This document shows positions 1-12,700 of a stretch of 64,000 bases of DNA, piece after piece. Source of the stretch: a virus (taxonomy: Duplodnaviria > Caudoviricetes); the IMG/VR virus record IMGVR_UViG_3300017963_000032, positions 1 to 64,000 of that record; one strand, given 5' to 3'. Each line of letters opens with the position of its first letter. Position 1 is the first letter of the stretch. The notes below the pieces were generated by a model that was not told the origin of the DNA, did no database searches, and was given only the letters and a program-made list of their open reading frames with translations. The position numbers were made by a program, and so were the translations under genes.

Positions 1-453
1 ACAGATTATACTGCTTCATTCACTGGAGCTAACAGAGGAAAAATCACATTCACAACAGCACCAGCAGATGGTGCAGCAATAGTAGTAGATTATGATTATG
101 GAGATAGTTGTATAGCTTATGAAGGATTTCCAAGATTTGATTTAAGCCGTGGAAGTTATCCTAGAATAGCAGTAAGTTATATGTTCCCATCAGAAGCAAT
201 AAGCGCTTCTAACATGGTATTACAGACAGAAGCAAGAATCACAATCATGGTTTATGGACCAAATAGCACAGAGATAAATAATCTTATTAAAGAGATATGG
301 GATGCCTACCTACCAGCATACAAATCATTTTATTATTTGAGAGTTGTATGGCCAGTTAACGTTGCTGATATGGTTCCCACAGAAGACAAGACAGGAGACA
401 TGATTGCAAAAGCAATAGAGCTAAGAGCTCCTTTCAACATCAAAAAACTATGA
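1..453 (+). CDS. Tail completion/terminator-like protein (5' truncated by window)
   Basis: Frame is open from base 1 into the 181-453 ORF; lies directly upstream of the tail tube gene. Confidence 0.5.
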   Translation, partial: TDYTASFTGANRGKITFTTAPADGAAIVVDYDYGDSCIAYEGFPRFDLSRGSYPRIAVSYMFPSEAISASNMVLQTEARITIMVYGPNSTEINNLIKEIWDAYLPAYKSFYYLRVVWPVNVADMVPTEDKTGDMIAKAIELRAPFNIKKL

Positions 454-466
454 GGAGGTAAGAACA

Positions 467-775
467 ATGTTAAAGTACAGATACATAAATTCCGTTTACT
501 CAACTAAAGTTGGCACAAGCAAGGGCACAAAGGTTGTCAAGTTTGGTGATACTGTTGAGATAGGTGAGAAAGAAAGAGAACAGTTCGATAAGAACTCTGA
601 CTTTGTGCTTCTTAGTGGAGATAAAGCAAAGTTGAAGAAAGCAGACATAGAAGAAATGATAAACACAATGGGATGGAGGCCTTTCCAGAAGTTCGCTAAA
701 AAGAAGTGGGGAGCTTCAGATACTTCAAAGAAAGACTTGATAGCTGAAATCCTCAAAAAACAAGGAGGTAATTAG
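467..775 (+). CDS. Hypothetical protein in tail operon
   Basis: GAGGT RBS, 102 aa ORF, operon position. Confidence 0.6.
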   Translation: MLKYRYINSVYSTKVGTSKGTKVVKFGDTVEIGEKEREQFDKNSDFVLLSGDKAKLKKADIEEMINTMGWRPFQKFAKKKWGASDTSKKDLIAEILKKQGGN

Positions 776-776
776 G

Positions 777-1745
777 ATGGCGATACCAGCAGCAGGACAA
801 GACATCGCAGTAGCTGGAGTTGACTCATACACTCTTTACGGAGCGGAAACAACTTACGCTACAGCGGCAGGCTCTATCAACAAACACTTTGGTATAGTCA
901 CAAGGGTCAGTCCTACAAAAAGAAACAACCTATTGCAGGTTAGAGGATTCAAAGGAACCACAACTGGAGGAAGACAGATGGTCAAGTCTAGAGGTGGAAA
1001 GTTTGAACCGGGAGTAAGTGTAGAGTTCGAACCACAGACATGGGAATGGTTAGAATATGTCATGGGTACAAAGACAGGAAGTGGAACATCAGGAGACCCG
1101 TACATTTATACCAAGAGTTCAAGCCCGGGAAGTTTATCTATTGCAACAAGCATCGAGTTAGGAAGCACAGACCAAGACGTTATTTATCTTGGATGCCTAG
1201 TTAATTCATGCACACTAAGAGCTGCAATGGGAGAGAAAGTAACATGCACACTTGAATTAGTTGCAGCAGACCTAGACAAAGATAACACTGTACAAACACC
1301 AGTGGCTCTAAGCTCACTTGATGTATTCGTGTTCTCTGGAGTAACTTTGCAATGGCCAAGCGGTGAGGACGTAAACCACGTGATTGATAGTATAGAAATA
1401 ACAATCACAAACAATGCAGAAGTCAGATATGGTCTAGGAAGCAGAACAGGAAAGAAAGGAGTCCACAAACAACTTGAATACCAGATAAGGTTCACAGTTG
1501 ACCTTGAGGATGACACATTCTTGGATGACTTCTTAGGAAGCGCATCAGGTCCTGCAACAGACCCAACAAGGGTTGCAACAGCAGTGATAACATTCACTAA
1601 CTCAGCAACACACAGCTGTACATTCACATTCACAGGTGTGACAGTTGACGAGGATGGCGGAGACCAAACTTACGCTGAAGTGATTCCTGAAGACATAACA
1701 GCAATAGCTGAGAGTCTATCAGTGAGTGAGGTGCAAAGCGCCTAA
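777..1745 (+). CDS. Major tail tube protein
   Basis: 322 aa beta-rich protein (YGAETTY, YLGCLVNSCTL motifs typical of tail tubes), upstream of chaperone and TMP; no sheath gene seen. Confidence 0.8.
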   Translation: MAIPAAGQDIAVAGVDSYTLYGAETTYATAAGSINKHFGIVTRVSPTKRNNLLQVRGFKGTTTGGRQMVKSRGGKFEPGVSVEFEPQTWEWLEYVMGTKTGSGTSGDPYIYTKSSSPGSLSIATSIELGSTDQDVIYLGCLVNSCTLRAAMGEKVTCTLELVAADLDKDNTVQTPVALSSLDVFVFSGVTLQWPSGEDVNHVIDSIEITITNNAEVRYGLGSRTGKKGVHKQLEYQIRFTVDLEDDTFLDDFLGSASGPATDPTRVATAVITFTNSATHSCTFTFTGVTVDEDGGDQTYAEVIPEDITAIAESLSVSEVQSA

Positions 1746-1770
1746 ATAAAATAAGACGAGGTGGTTAAAC

Positions 1771-1908
1771 TTGGATTTAAACAAAGAAATTTTGGACGAG
1801 TTGAAGAAGCAAACAGAATTGCAACAGGAACAAAACAAACACATCGAAGGGATGAACATTAAAATAGACCGCCTGACAGTCGCAGTGAAGGGGGTACTAA
1901 AACAATGA
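1771..1908 (+). CDS. Small coiled-coil protein (45 aa, TTG start)
   Basis: GAGGTGG RBS; stop overlaps next ATG (ATGA); below ORF track cutoff. Confidence 0.5.
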   Translation: MDLNKEILDELKKQTELQQEQNKHIEGMNIKIDRLTVAVKGVLKQ

Positions 1909-2315
1909 GTAAAGAAAAAGAATTGAAAAATATCCCGGGGTTGAAACCCGAGGACGTAGTTGTAATTAGAAAGCTAAGTTACGGAGAACAATCCGAGCTG
2001 ATTGAGAAATCAGTAGATGCAGATGCAAGCGGTGCTATGAGTGGCAGAGCAGTAAAAGGCCAACCACAAATCAAAGCAAGCATCAGCCTAGGGAAGTTCA
2101 GAGTATGGCTACTAGTTTATGGAATAAGGGAATTCAGAACAGAAAACCCACAGTTGAAGGCATGGAATCTTCTTGCTGCAAAACCTAACAGCCCAGAAGT
2201 TATAAGCCAGAAGCTGACCATCATAAACAAGTTAGAGTCAGAAACAGGAGCTCACCTATTTGAACAACTGAATGGCTTCAACAACCCATTGGATGACCAA
2301 GCAAAAAAAGAATAG
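1905..2315 (+). CDS. Tail assembly chaperone (gpG-like)
   Basis: Between tube and TMP; ends in slippery A AAA AAA G. Confidence 0.75.
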   Translation: MSKEKELKNIPGLKPEDVVVIRKLSYGEQSELIEKSVDADASGAMSGRAVKGQPQIKASISLGKFRVWLLVYGIREFRTENPQLKAWNLLAAKPNSPEVISQKLTIINKLESETGAHLFEQLNGFNNPLDDQAKKE

Positions 2316-2503
2316 CATTCGCTTTAAAGGGAAGGCTCAAGTCGGATGCTAATATAAATAAGATAATCAACGAAGCCATGATGTGTAGGATGTTCAAGTG
2401 CCTTCCTAGTGAACTCAGAAAAGAGGACGCTGAGGACATCGAAGCATTCAGTATAGTTTATGAGATATTGATGAAGGACAACCCGTTCTTCGCATTCATG
2501 TAA
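2309..2503 (+). CDS. Tail assembly chaperone -1 frameshift extension (gpT-like)
   Basis: -1 frame open from the A7 run (2303-2309) to TAA 2501-2503, ending 2 nt before TMP ATG. Confidence 0.7.
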   Translation, partial: RIAFALKGRLKSDANINKIINEAMMCRMFKCLPSELRKEDAEDIEAFSIVYEILMKDNPFFAFM

Positions 2504-2505
2504 AA

Positions 2506-3981
2506 ATGGGAGAAATAGCAAATTTGGAAGTCGGACTTAAAATCTCCGACAGAAGCGTAGACGCTATGGTGAATGACATAGAGAAGAAACTCTCAAATAA
2601 ACTAGGCTCTGGCATGGGAAAAGGAGGCGGTGCAGGAGCAGCACCTAAAGGAAAAGCTGGAGGCGGACTTCTTCAATCATTAAGCGGTGGAGGAGGATTG
2701 TTTGGAGGAATCAGTAAAATGATTCAAGGAGCAATCTCTGCTCTCGGACCTATTGGTGTTGCAATCGTTGCGATAGGAGCTGTTGTTATGACTATGAAAC
2801 CTTTGGTTAACATGGTCAAGATAATTCTCAGGTTATTGACAGAACTTCTTAGACCAATAGCTGATGTTATTCTAGTACTGCTGATGCCAATTCTGGCAAT
2901 ACTTAAACCCATAGTTAAAGTAGTGCAAGCTATAATGATGCCGTTCCGTAAGGCTGCGATGCAGATGGCTGCACAAGGAATGAAACAGATAGCGGGAGGA
3001 GATGTTGCAGGAGGTCTAGCAACTTCCATGGGGGCATTTAATTTAATGTTCACAGGATTACAAATGATTATCTTCGAGATGATTTCTGAGATTATGAAGA
3101 TGTTAATGGAGCTTCAAGGATTCCTTGTAAAAGCACTGACCGCACCTATGTTCTTTATTGCAGGATTGATTGCAAAACTTATGGATTCACTCCTTGGAAC
3201 AGGAACTATGTTTCAGGAGATGGTCACGAATGCGCAATCAATGACATGGAACGCTATAGATTCTATAGTTAATCTAGGGAAGGCCACCATTGATAATTTC
3301 TTCGGCGGGGTAATCATGACGAACTTAGCGTTGCTCGAGAACACCATGATGACTTTATTAGGCCCTGATGGAAATGCCATGATTAACCTAGAAGAAATGG
3401 GTAAGATGCTTGACGGAATATTTCAAGATTCAACAGTGAGTTTTGCTGATTTAGGAAAACAATTAGAAGATGCCAACACAGAAATAGGGGGGGTCTTCGG
3501 ATTGTTTGAAGCTAACATAAGTGATTTAGCAACTATCTGGAGCACTGTTATGGGCCAGATGGGAGATGATTTAAAGAGTGCTATTGCAAATGCATTGTCA
3601 GGGATACCTTCAGGCGGTGGCAAAGGTGATGAGAAAGGATTATTTCAAAGAGCAGCTGACTGGGTCAGAGGACATAAAGGTACAGTTATAGGTGCTGGAA
3701 TCGGAATGGCTGGAGCAGGTATTCCCGGTGCAATAGCTGGAGGAGTAATCGGTAGCAGGTTCAATGATTTCGTGATGAGGCCCGGACAAAAAGCAGTACC
3801 ATTTAGCCCACAAGATACACTTATAGGAACCAAAGGAGGACTTCCCGGAGCTGGAGGCTCAGGACCAATTACAATAAACATAAGCGCTGGACAGATTGGA
3901 AGAGATACAGAAGTCAGAGCTCTTGCAGCGAAGTTGGCTGACAATCTAAATAGAGAAATGCAAAGGAGGTCAAGTTACTAA
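2506..3981 (+). CDS. Tape measure protein
   Basis: 491 aa Gly/Ala/Met-rich helical protein with DFVMRPG-type C-terminal motif, after chaperones. Confidence 0.8.
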   Translation: MGEIANLEVGLKISDRSVDAMVNDIEKKLSNKLGSGMGKGGGAGAAPKGKAGGGLLQSLSGGGGLFGGISKMIQGAISALGPIGVAIVAIGAVVMTMKPLVNMVKIILRLLTELLRPIADVILVLLMPILAILKPIVKVVQAIMMPFRKAAMQMAAQGMKQIAGGDVAGGLATSMGAFNLMFTGLQMIIFEMISEIMKMLMELQGFLVKALTAPMFFIAGLIAKLMDSLLGTGTMFQEMVTNAQSMTWNAIDSIVNLGKATIDNFFGGVIMTNLALLENTMMTLLGPDGNAMINLEEMGKMLDGIFQDSTVSFADLGKQLEDANTEIGGVFGLFEANISDLATIWSTVMGQMGDDLKSAIANALSGIPSGGGKGDEKGLFQRAADWVRGHKGTVIGAGIGMAGAGIPGAIAGGVIGSRFNDFVMRPGQKAVPFSPQDTLIGTKGGLPGAGGSGPITINISAGQIGRDTEVRALAAKLADNLNREMQRRSSY

Positions 3982-3982
3982 A

Positions 3983-4384
3983 ATGACAGATGTGACACTG
4001 GGAGATTTTACCTTCCAAGAAGGAGATGCGGACGATGTAACAGAAGATATTTCTTCTAACATAGAAAACCTTCCGATGCCTCTTGCAGGCCCATCAGAGA
4101 CACTTCTTTTTGATTTTGAAGGGGTTGTCAAGATGATTACTATAACTGGAAATTTAACTGATGCAACAAGCACGAGAGTTTCAGGACAATCTGTTTTGAC
4201 AATAGAAGAACAGAAAGCTTATCTTCAAGGATTAGTGAATGGTTTACAGTCTGCAACATCATTCACAAGCACATTCAATACTTCAGGAGTTACAGTAATG
4301 GTTATGAGTATGAATTTCGTTGAGAAATCAGGAGAGCCAAACTGGCTTAGGTTCACAATAAAATTAGTTCAAGGAAGTGGATAA
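3983..4384 (+). CDS. Distal tail protein-like
   Basis: 133 aa, immediately after TMP. Confidence 0.5.
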   Translation: MTDVTLGDFTFQEGDADDVTEDISSNIENLPMPLAGPSETLLFDFEGVVKMITITGNLTDATSTRVSGQSVLTIEEQKAYLQGLVNGLQSATSFTSTFNTSGVTVMVMSMNFVEKSGEPNWLRFTIKLVQGSG

Positions 4385-4386
4385 AA

Positions 4387-5889
4387 ATGACAATGTACAC
4401 TAAGGTAACAATAGGAGGATATGATGTAAGCGCTTACCTTAGAGGCTGGGATTCTGAAAAGACATTCGGACAACAGATTGGAGATATAAATATAAGAGTT
4501 GCAAAGACAGTTGTGAACACTGTAGACATAATTAATGGTATGGAAGTCAAAGTTTACAGGGGTCTTGTAACAGCCACAGATAAATTAGTTTTCTGGGGAT
4601 ATGTTGAAGATGTAGATAAAGGAGAGAAAGGCGGAACAGAATGGAAGATTTATGCCAAGGATAAGTTAAGCCTTGCAAAGAGAGGAGAAAAAACATATTC
4701 TTATGACCAAGCTATTGATGATGAAGCTGGAGTTGCAAGCGCAATATGGAGCGACTTGATGAGTCCATTTGATTTCTCAACTTCAGTTGTAAGCACAGGA
4801 ACAATAAATGTTCTTGCAAAGTTTGTATGCAATCACGCAGACCCTTACGAGAGAGGAGAAGAGTTATGCAAGATTTATGATTACCAACAGTTTTACAGGG
4901 CAGACACTGACACTGCTTATTTCCAGCCAAAAGGATACACAAACAATTCATTGGTCCTTCAAGTTGGCCAGAACATTGTGGGAGTTCCTAAATGGAATTA
5001 TAACTTTGCAGAATGCCAGAATTTTATTACAGTCATAGGTGGGGAACAGATTGTTGAGACAACAGAATCCAAGACAGGAACTGGAAGTCAGACAAGCTTT
5101 ACTCTAGCTCACACTCCAAAATCAGTAAAGGTTTATGTTGATGGAGTTCTTAAAGTAGGAGGGGTAGAGGAAGCAACAGAAGATTATGATTACACTGTTG
5201 ATGCAGAGTTAAGGCAAGTTATATTTGTAAACGCTCCTGCAAACGCAGCTCAGATAACTATTGATTATTCTTACCCTCTGACTATTGCAACTTCTTCAAA
5301 AGACAGCGTGTCCATAGCAAGATACTGCGATGATGATGAAGATAAAGCATACAAGAAGACTTATTTCAAATTAGATATTCTAACAGTGGAAGATGCAAGA
5401 AACTTCATCAAGAAGCAATTATCAACTTATGCTTATCCTTTTGTTACAACAAGTATCCCTTTGACAGCAGATACAGACACTCTTGCTTTAGAGCCCGGCC
5501 AAACTTTAAGAGTTGTTGACAGCGTTAATGATGAAGATAGATATGTCATGATTACTAAGATAAGAATAGGTTGGCCTCACAAAGCAGATGTTCTAGAAGT
5601 TGGAGACAGAATTTGGAAAACCAGCGACTGGCAGAATAACACTCTTGATAGAGTAAGAAGATTAGAAGAAGAGCTTGGAAAGAACCAAGAGATTCTAGTA
5701 CAAGTATTCCCTCTTGACAGAAGTATAAATTTTGTGAGAAGATATTTCAAGATGCAGCAGAATGGAACAGATATAATTGTAACTCAAGGAGGGAAGATTT
5801 ACCAAGAGTTTTTATATGATAATGATTTCATAGATACAACACTGACAACTGCAACAGTTAATAACACTACTAAAGAGGTGGCATTCTGA
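4387..5889 (+). CDS. Baseplate hub/tail tip protein
   Basis: 500 aa; hub-like N-terminus with an inserted Ig-like segment; C-terminal RVRRLEE coiled coil. Confidence 0.6.
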   Translation: MTMYTKVTIGGYDVSAYLRGWDSEKTFGQQIGDINIRVAKTVVNTVDIINGMEVKVYRGLVTATDKLVFWGYVEDVDKGEKGGTEWKIYAKDKLSLAKRGEKTYSYDQAIDDEAGVASAIWSDLMSPFDFSTSVVSTGTINVLAKFVCNHADPYERGEELCKIYDYQQFYRADTDTAYFQPKGYTNNSLVLQVGQNIVGVPKWNYNFAECQNFITVIGGEQIVETTESKTGTGSQTSFTLAHTPKSVKVYVDGVLKVGGVEEATEDYDYTVDAELRQVIFVNAPANAAQITIDYSYPLTIATSSKDSVSIARYCDDDEDKAYKKTYFKLDILTVEDARNFIKKQLSTYAYPFVTTSIPLTADTDTLALEPGQTLRVVDSVNDEDRYVMITKIRIGWPHKADVLEVGDRIWKTSDWQNNTLDRVRRLEEELGKNQEILVQVFPLDRSINFVRRYFKMQQNGTDIIVTQGGKIYQEFLYDNDFIDTTLTTATVNNTTKEVAF

Positions 5890-6779
5890 TGGCACAAGAA
5901 AGCTTAATCACAAATAATGGTAAAATAGTCTTACTTAACAGAGGTTATAAACCAACTCCAGATTATCTTCCACCAACACAATTCCAAGTGGGAAAGAACC
6001 AAGTGACAGCAGTCACTATAGAAACAACAGCTCTTGATGAACCAGTTCCTATAAGCAATGTTACTTTGATAGATAATTGCCAGACTGCTGATTGGAACGA
6101 GACGGGAGATGCAGACACTGATGTCGTAAACAATACTGCTGGACAATACATAGAAGGAACAGGATGTCTTAACTTAGGAAAGAATGGTTCTTCTCAGACA
6201 AGCTTTGGATATAATAAGAGCACAGCTGGAGCTTATGTTTTTACAGCAGGCAAAGTCACATACTTGTTTGTTTATATAACTGACACTTCAGACCTAGCAG
6301 AAACTGACGCAATTAAAGTAGGATTCGGGAGTGATACATCTAATTACTATTATACCTCTTATGACAGAGCAGACCTATCTAACGGATGGAATGCATTGAA
6401 AATAAGCAGGTCATCTGCAAGCAGTCAGGGAACACCAGACGAGAACGCTTGCGACACACTCATCATATTATTCGAAGCTGTAACCGCTGCAACCACAATC
6501 ACAAAAGGAAACATAAGAATGGATTACTGGAGCTTGGCAGCAAGCAATAGTTTCAAGAAAGACTTTGATTCAGGATACCCTTTAGTTGATGAGACAAACT
6601 TCGAAGTCGAGATGAAGGGAACTCTAGAAACAACAGATGCAATAGGATTCGCTATTGACTCTGGTGCAACATTCAATGAAGATGGAACACCAAAGATGAC
6701 TGGAGTAGACACATTCAAAGAATCTTCAAAGAGCAAAGATGACCAGTTTATTTTGATATTCAAAGATAGGCTAGTATAA
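5889..6779 (+). CDS. Tail/baseplate protein with carbohydrate-binding-like insert
   Basis: Operon position; GWNALKI...IRMDYW jelly-roll-like segment. Confidence 0.45.
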   Translation: MAQESLITNNGKIVLLNRGYKPTPDYLPPTQFQVGKNQVTAVTIETTALDEPVPISNVTLIDNCQTADWNETGDADTDVVNNTAGQYIEGTGCLNLGKNGSSQTSFGYNKSTAGAYVFTAGKVTYLFVYITDTSDLAETDAIKVGFGSDTSNYYYTSYDRADLSNGWNALKISRSSASSQGTPDENACDTLIILFEAVTAATTITKGNIRMDYWSLAASNSFKKDFDSGYPLVDETNFEVEMKGTLETTDAIGFAIDSGATFNEDGTPKMTGVDTFKESSKSKDDQFILIFKDRLV

Positions 6780-9700
6780 TGGTAGACTATAAGAAGGTAA
6801 CGCTAGGAATTTTAGCAATTTTGATAAGCATTTCTATAGTTTATATTACATTCAATAATGATTTAAAGATGAGGATTGACGAGGATAAATCTACTTTCTA
6901 TGTGAAGAATGATGCTAACAGATGGGTTGTTGCAGGAAGAGAGTACAACAAGCTCATGGACGGCTCGAGCAATATGTACCGTGACCGGAGAGGTATAACT
7001 CTTGAGACTCTTGTAAATAATCTGACAAACACAACGACCATAATCAGGACTACGCCTTACCAAAGAGGTCCGGTTATAAAAGATACTTACTTCTTTGATG
7101 GTAAAGTCACAGACAAAGAATTGTTTCCTATCTATCACAAGGTTGAAGTCTATAATGCTACAGGTTATTATTACAGGTATGAAGTTCGAGACTTAACTTA
7201 CGATGGACCAACGTTCAAGCTTGACGGAAACCAGACAATGCAAGAGTTCGGAAGGAATATGAAAGTAACTTGGTGGGATGATTACAGACTTGGATGGGTC
7301 TATAAGTCAGGAAGTATGTACGTGAAGAGCGAGAAGATAACTTCAGATTATGTTTCTTTCAATGTAAGATTATTCGACCCCCCACCTCTTCCAACTGCGA
7401 CTGGTTCTATAGCAACCGCTAGAATATATAATACTACTGTGTTCGAAACAGGGGGAGCAGGTTTGGCTAAATATCCTATATTTGGACAGAAGTTTGTAGA
7501 GACAAATGATGGGAATTTATATATGGTAACACTAAACAACGCTGACAGTATGCTCTATTGCTTGAACAGTTCAGATGGAGGCACTACATGGTCTAGCACC
7601 GATATAACAAGCATACTACCTTCTGGCGCAGGTTTATGGTTCTATCCTACGGTAGTTAGCAATGGTACAAGATTAGTGTTTATATTTGAACATGGTAATC
7701 CTACAAATAATCTTTCTTCTGCTTATTCAGATACGGGGTGTAATGCAACACAAATAAATGATACCTTCACATATGTCTCTGATGAAGACACAGCTATAAA
7801 TGACCAATTATATGATGTGGTTTATGATGACGTTAACAAGAGATATGTTGTAACAAAGACTTCCTACGATTCAGGGAACCTTACAGTCTATAATACTTCA
7901 GACTTAACATCATGGGATAAGTATGTAATAACTCCATCTAATAAGACAGTAACCAACTTAGCAGTAGATACTTCTGGTAGAATGCTAACCCTTATTCATA
8001 ATTCCACTTCGGCCACTTACGATGGATTCACAGTAGTGTATGCTTCAGATGATTTAAGAACATGGGATGTAATATTGAATGTAACACTTTCAGATTCTCC
8101 AGTACTGGGCTATCCTTCTGTTTCTGTAAATCCCTACAACAATGATTATTATGTTGCAGGAATACAAGGAATAGGCACAACTAATGATAACCTCACAGTT
8201 TACAGGAGCACAGACAATGGAACAACATGGACAAATTATACTTTTGCTTCTTCCAGTACTTATGAAGGAAATATTTCTAGATTCTCTGGATTTAAGATGG
8301 TCTTTTATGATGAATACAGGGTATTTTTACCTTATGGGAAATTTAATTCAGATACTATGATTTACTTAGCATACTCATCTAATAGAGGAGTTACATGGGA
8401 TGTAGATTCATTAGTTGTAAATGGGACTGGGTATACATTACCAGTAGCATTTAATGGGAGACAATCCATGTGGCCTGTAAGCAACAGATTTACTAACTTT
8501 AGCAAGCTAGATTTCAAATTCATTACAGATGGAGTACCAATAAATGAATATTATGAACAAACACAGATTAATGTATCTCCTTTCTGGACAACAGCACTTC
8601 CAAATCAAACAGTTAGCACGTATGACCCGGTTTTATTTTCAAACCTTTCTGATTATGTTGATGATGGAGGAACGGGAAGCATAACTTTCTCTGTAGAAGA
8701 AGAGAATGTTTATCAAGTAGATTGTGTAATAAGCACCAATGAATTAAGCGTAAGAGTATGGCCCGGATTCAGAGGGTTAGCATCATGCACTATCGGAACA
8801 AACAATAGCCAGTTTGACGGAGACAACTACACAATATATATTAACAGTACTTATGACCCTTTTGTAGAAGCCAACCTCACGACCGAAAGCGTTGGAGTTA
8901 CAGTTCAAGCTGGAGGGAGTACTGTTGCAGGAAACAGGATGGTCAAAACCAACGATGGAAACCTTTACTTATTTTATCCTTATGCAAGCTCAGGAGATTT
9001 AATGTGTGCAAATAGTAGCGATGGGGGCCAGACTTGGACAACAACAGAGATGGTAGACTTTTCAGTCTACGAAGTTTCTTATGTAAGGGCTGCAACAAAT
9101 GGTTCAAGAATTGTGGTTGTTGCTTCAGATACAACCAGTCCTCCCGGACCTTATCTTATAAGTTTTAAAACCGATACTGGGTGTAATGCCACAGAGTTCA
9201 CAACATATAATAGAACAATACCCTTGACTCCTTTTTATCACGGACTAGAATATGATGGCACAAGAGACCAGTATATAAGATGTTATGCGGACTATGTTGA
9301 TGGAAGCGGAAACCTAACATTTGCTAACTCTACTAATGGAATAAACTGGACAACCAAAGTTATAGATACAAAAGCCGGAGCTCTAGGTTGGTTCGAATGC
9401 GACATAGATGTAAACACAAAAGGAGAAATAGTAATGTTCGCAAACGATATATCTGATGAGCTCATAACCTTTGCCTCTGATGATTTCTTTACCACATGGA
9501 CTAATGAAACATTCACTCCAGAAAATACCCCTGCTGTGGGAAATGTATTTGCAGATTATAATACTGATTATTTTTATTTTACCTACTTCACTTCGGACAG
9601 AATAAACATGTCTTTCTACAGGAGCAGAGACGGAGGAGTAACATGGGAAGAAAGAACTAAGATACCCGGCGTTTTCCAAAAAACACCACAATCCACATAC

Positions 9701-12700
9701 GATTCTACACCGGGAGGGATGTGGACTAATGATGACAAGATTATTCATATTTTCAGTCAACAGAATACTGGTTCAGGAAGCCAATCAGCAGTATTTTATA
9801 CAAGTACATTTGACCAAGGACTTACTTGGACACAACCTCATGTGGTAGATGCGGCTTCAGGTTCTTTTGGAACTGCATACCCTTCAGCGATGTATGCTAA
9901 TTTCCCAACTGAAATGAGGGGGGAGTTAAGCAGGGAAATAAACATCCAATATGTGAATCATTCTCCGTTTACAATGGTTGCAGCAATATATAATTTGACA
10001 GCTATAGATGAGTTTACTCTTCCAAGACTTTATCCAGAAACTATTTATACAAATAATTCATTATATTTATATTGTGAACCTTCTGTTTACAATAGGAGCA
10101 CAAATATAACTAGATTAGATTACGATGTTTATAAGAATGGAGTTTCAATACTTTCTGGAAACAGAACTCCTGAAGAGAATTATACAGAAGGAGAATTGAT
10201 AACAACAGTACAAGGGGGATTGACCTACTACCCTCAAGTTGTTGAGAACTCTGATGGAGATTTGACTTATGTAACAACTTATTACAACGGAACAGGACTT
10301 GGAGTTTACATTTACCTTTGTGATAAATGGGGGCAAGATTGTACAAGGAGGTTAGTAGAAGGAAATGCCTCAGCATATTTGCCCATTAACATAGGTGGAG
10401 GTGATTCTTTAGTAAGCCTTTCAGGCGGTGGCTATGCAATGATTTATGAATATGATAGCAATTCTGCTTTCGGACTTGCAGTCTGTGATAGAAAAGGAGA
10501 GAATTGCCAGAGAACACAACTAGCAGATAACGGGGATGTTGGAACTTATGCTTCTATGATGCAACACTCAAATGGAGATATAATTGTGTCAGGAGGAACA
10601 TCCACCACTTATGGAACTTTCTGGGTATGTGATTCTACCGGAGTAACTTGCACAGCTAAGAATTTCACAACAGGTGAAGGAGGGTATAGGTCGGACATTA
10701 GAGAGATGAGCGATGGAAATATAACTGTATCTTATGTAGCCTCGGCCGCATGTAAAGTAAGACAATGTAATGCTACTGGGGATAGTTGTACTTCTGCAAC
10801 AACAATAGATTCTTCTAATTGTGATTATGCAAAATTCGTGAACAAAGAATCTGGAGATGACATAGATGTTGTTACAGGGGATAGTAACCAAGACAGATTA
10901 CAAATATATTTATGCGATTCTACTGGCGCTTCATGCACTTACAGGATATTAGCTCAATATACTGACCCTTGTAGCATGACTTATAGAGATTCTTTTACAA
11001 CATCAAGAGGAGACATAATCACTTCAATAATACCTACTTGTGTTTCTGACACACTCCAACATGTGATTTGTAATTCTACAGGTCAGGATTGTGTTATAAG
11101 AAACATAACAACTGGATTGGCATCTTCCACTAGGGTTTGGAGTGCAATAGAAACATCAAGTGAAATAATTGTAACAGCCCCATCAAAAACATCCAATCCG
11201 GGCTATCTTTATTTTACAAATCCTTATACTTATTCTAGGGGAGAAGAGTATTTTATGATTGAAGTTGGTTCTGGAAACTTTTCAAAAGGAGATAATCTAA
11301 CTGGAAGTTGCAGAGCAAATTCAACAGATGGGACATTAACTTCTTGGTTCAATACAAGCGTATTGACTGTATCAAACCTTGCACCTTATTGGCTTTATGA
11401 CTTGCCTAATCAAACAGTACTAGAAAACTCTGGAACTACAACAGTACTTAATAATTTATCAAGTTATGCCAATGACCTTGATAGTGATACAATAATATTT
11501 AGCGTTGTCGATGAAAATACCAGTAAAGTAGATTGTACAATTATAGAACAAATATGTTCTGATTGGCCAATTAATAATTGCACTTTTAATAATTCATACC
11601 AATCGTTATCTCCCCCAATATGGTGGACACAGAATATGAGTGTAGAACAAAATGGAACTGCTTATGGGTTTACATGGTTTTCAAGTAATTCAGAGTGGAA
11701 CGAAACATTATATTTTTGTAGGGATTCTGACTTCGATTGGATATGTGATTCTGGAAATGGGGTTTATGATGTTAGTGGCGAGGGATATACAAATGATGCT
11801 GGAGGGGTATGGCATACTTTCTACTTCAATGAAACTCTGGAAATCACAACAGCTCCAATGCAGATTCTCATGGTGGGCAAAGGGGACATTGAAACTAAAG
11901 GAGGAAATGGAAATACTTATGGAGCAACCGCACTTTGCATAGCTCTAAGCGGAACACAACCTATAAACTTATCATGTACTCCAAATTTTGCACCTTATAG
12001 AGGAGCCATTCTTTACACACCTGAAGAGCTTAGCGTGACTCCTGCCACTAACTGGAGCGGTAATTCAAATTGTACAGTCAACATTCAGGAAATATCAGGT
12101 GCAGATGGTGGCAACAAAACATTCTGGACTACTGTCACAGAGATTCCATTTATAGACTCAGTAACAATAGAACCAGACCCAGCTTATGCAAATGATACTC
12201 TTCAAGGGTATTGTAATTATACTTATAGTGATTCAGACGCCAATGGAACATTATATTATAAATGGTACAGGAATAATCAAGAGCTTTCCAGTGGAAGCAC
12301 ATCCAAGGGTTTTTGTTATCAAGAATCATTTAATACAACAAACCAGTCAGGAACTGATGGAAGTTGCGGACTTGATTATTCTGGCTCTATAGACTTTGAT
12401 ACAGAACCATCAGATGCTTGGAAAGGAATAGATGGAAATTATGGAACGTATGTTGTTCTTGGGTATGCGGAAGCAGACATTGTTTACAAAAAACCACAAG
12501 ATGCAATATCAGCTATTTGGCAATTTACATCAAGACCAGCATATGGAGTTATAGTTAATCAGACGATACCTGACGCTTGTTGGGATTACTCTCCAGACAA
12601 TATAACCTTGCACGTTTATTATGCTGACGCTCCCAGTACAGATAGTTTTGGAAATTATACTTGTTGGGATGGAAGTTCTTGGGTAGAAATTTATTCTCTT

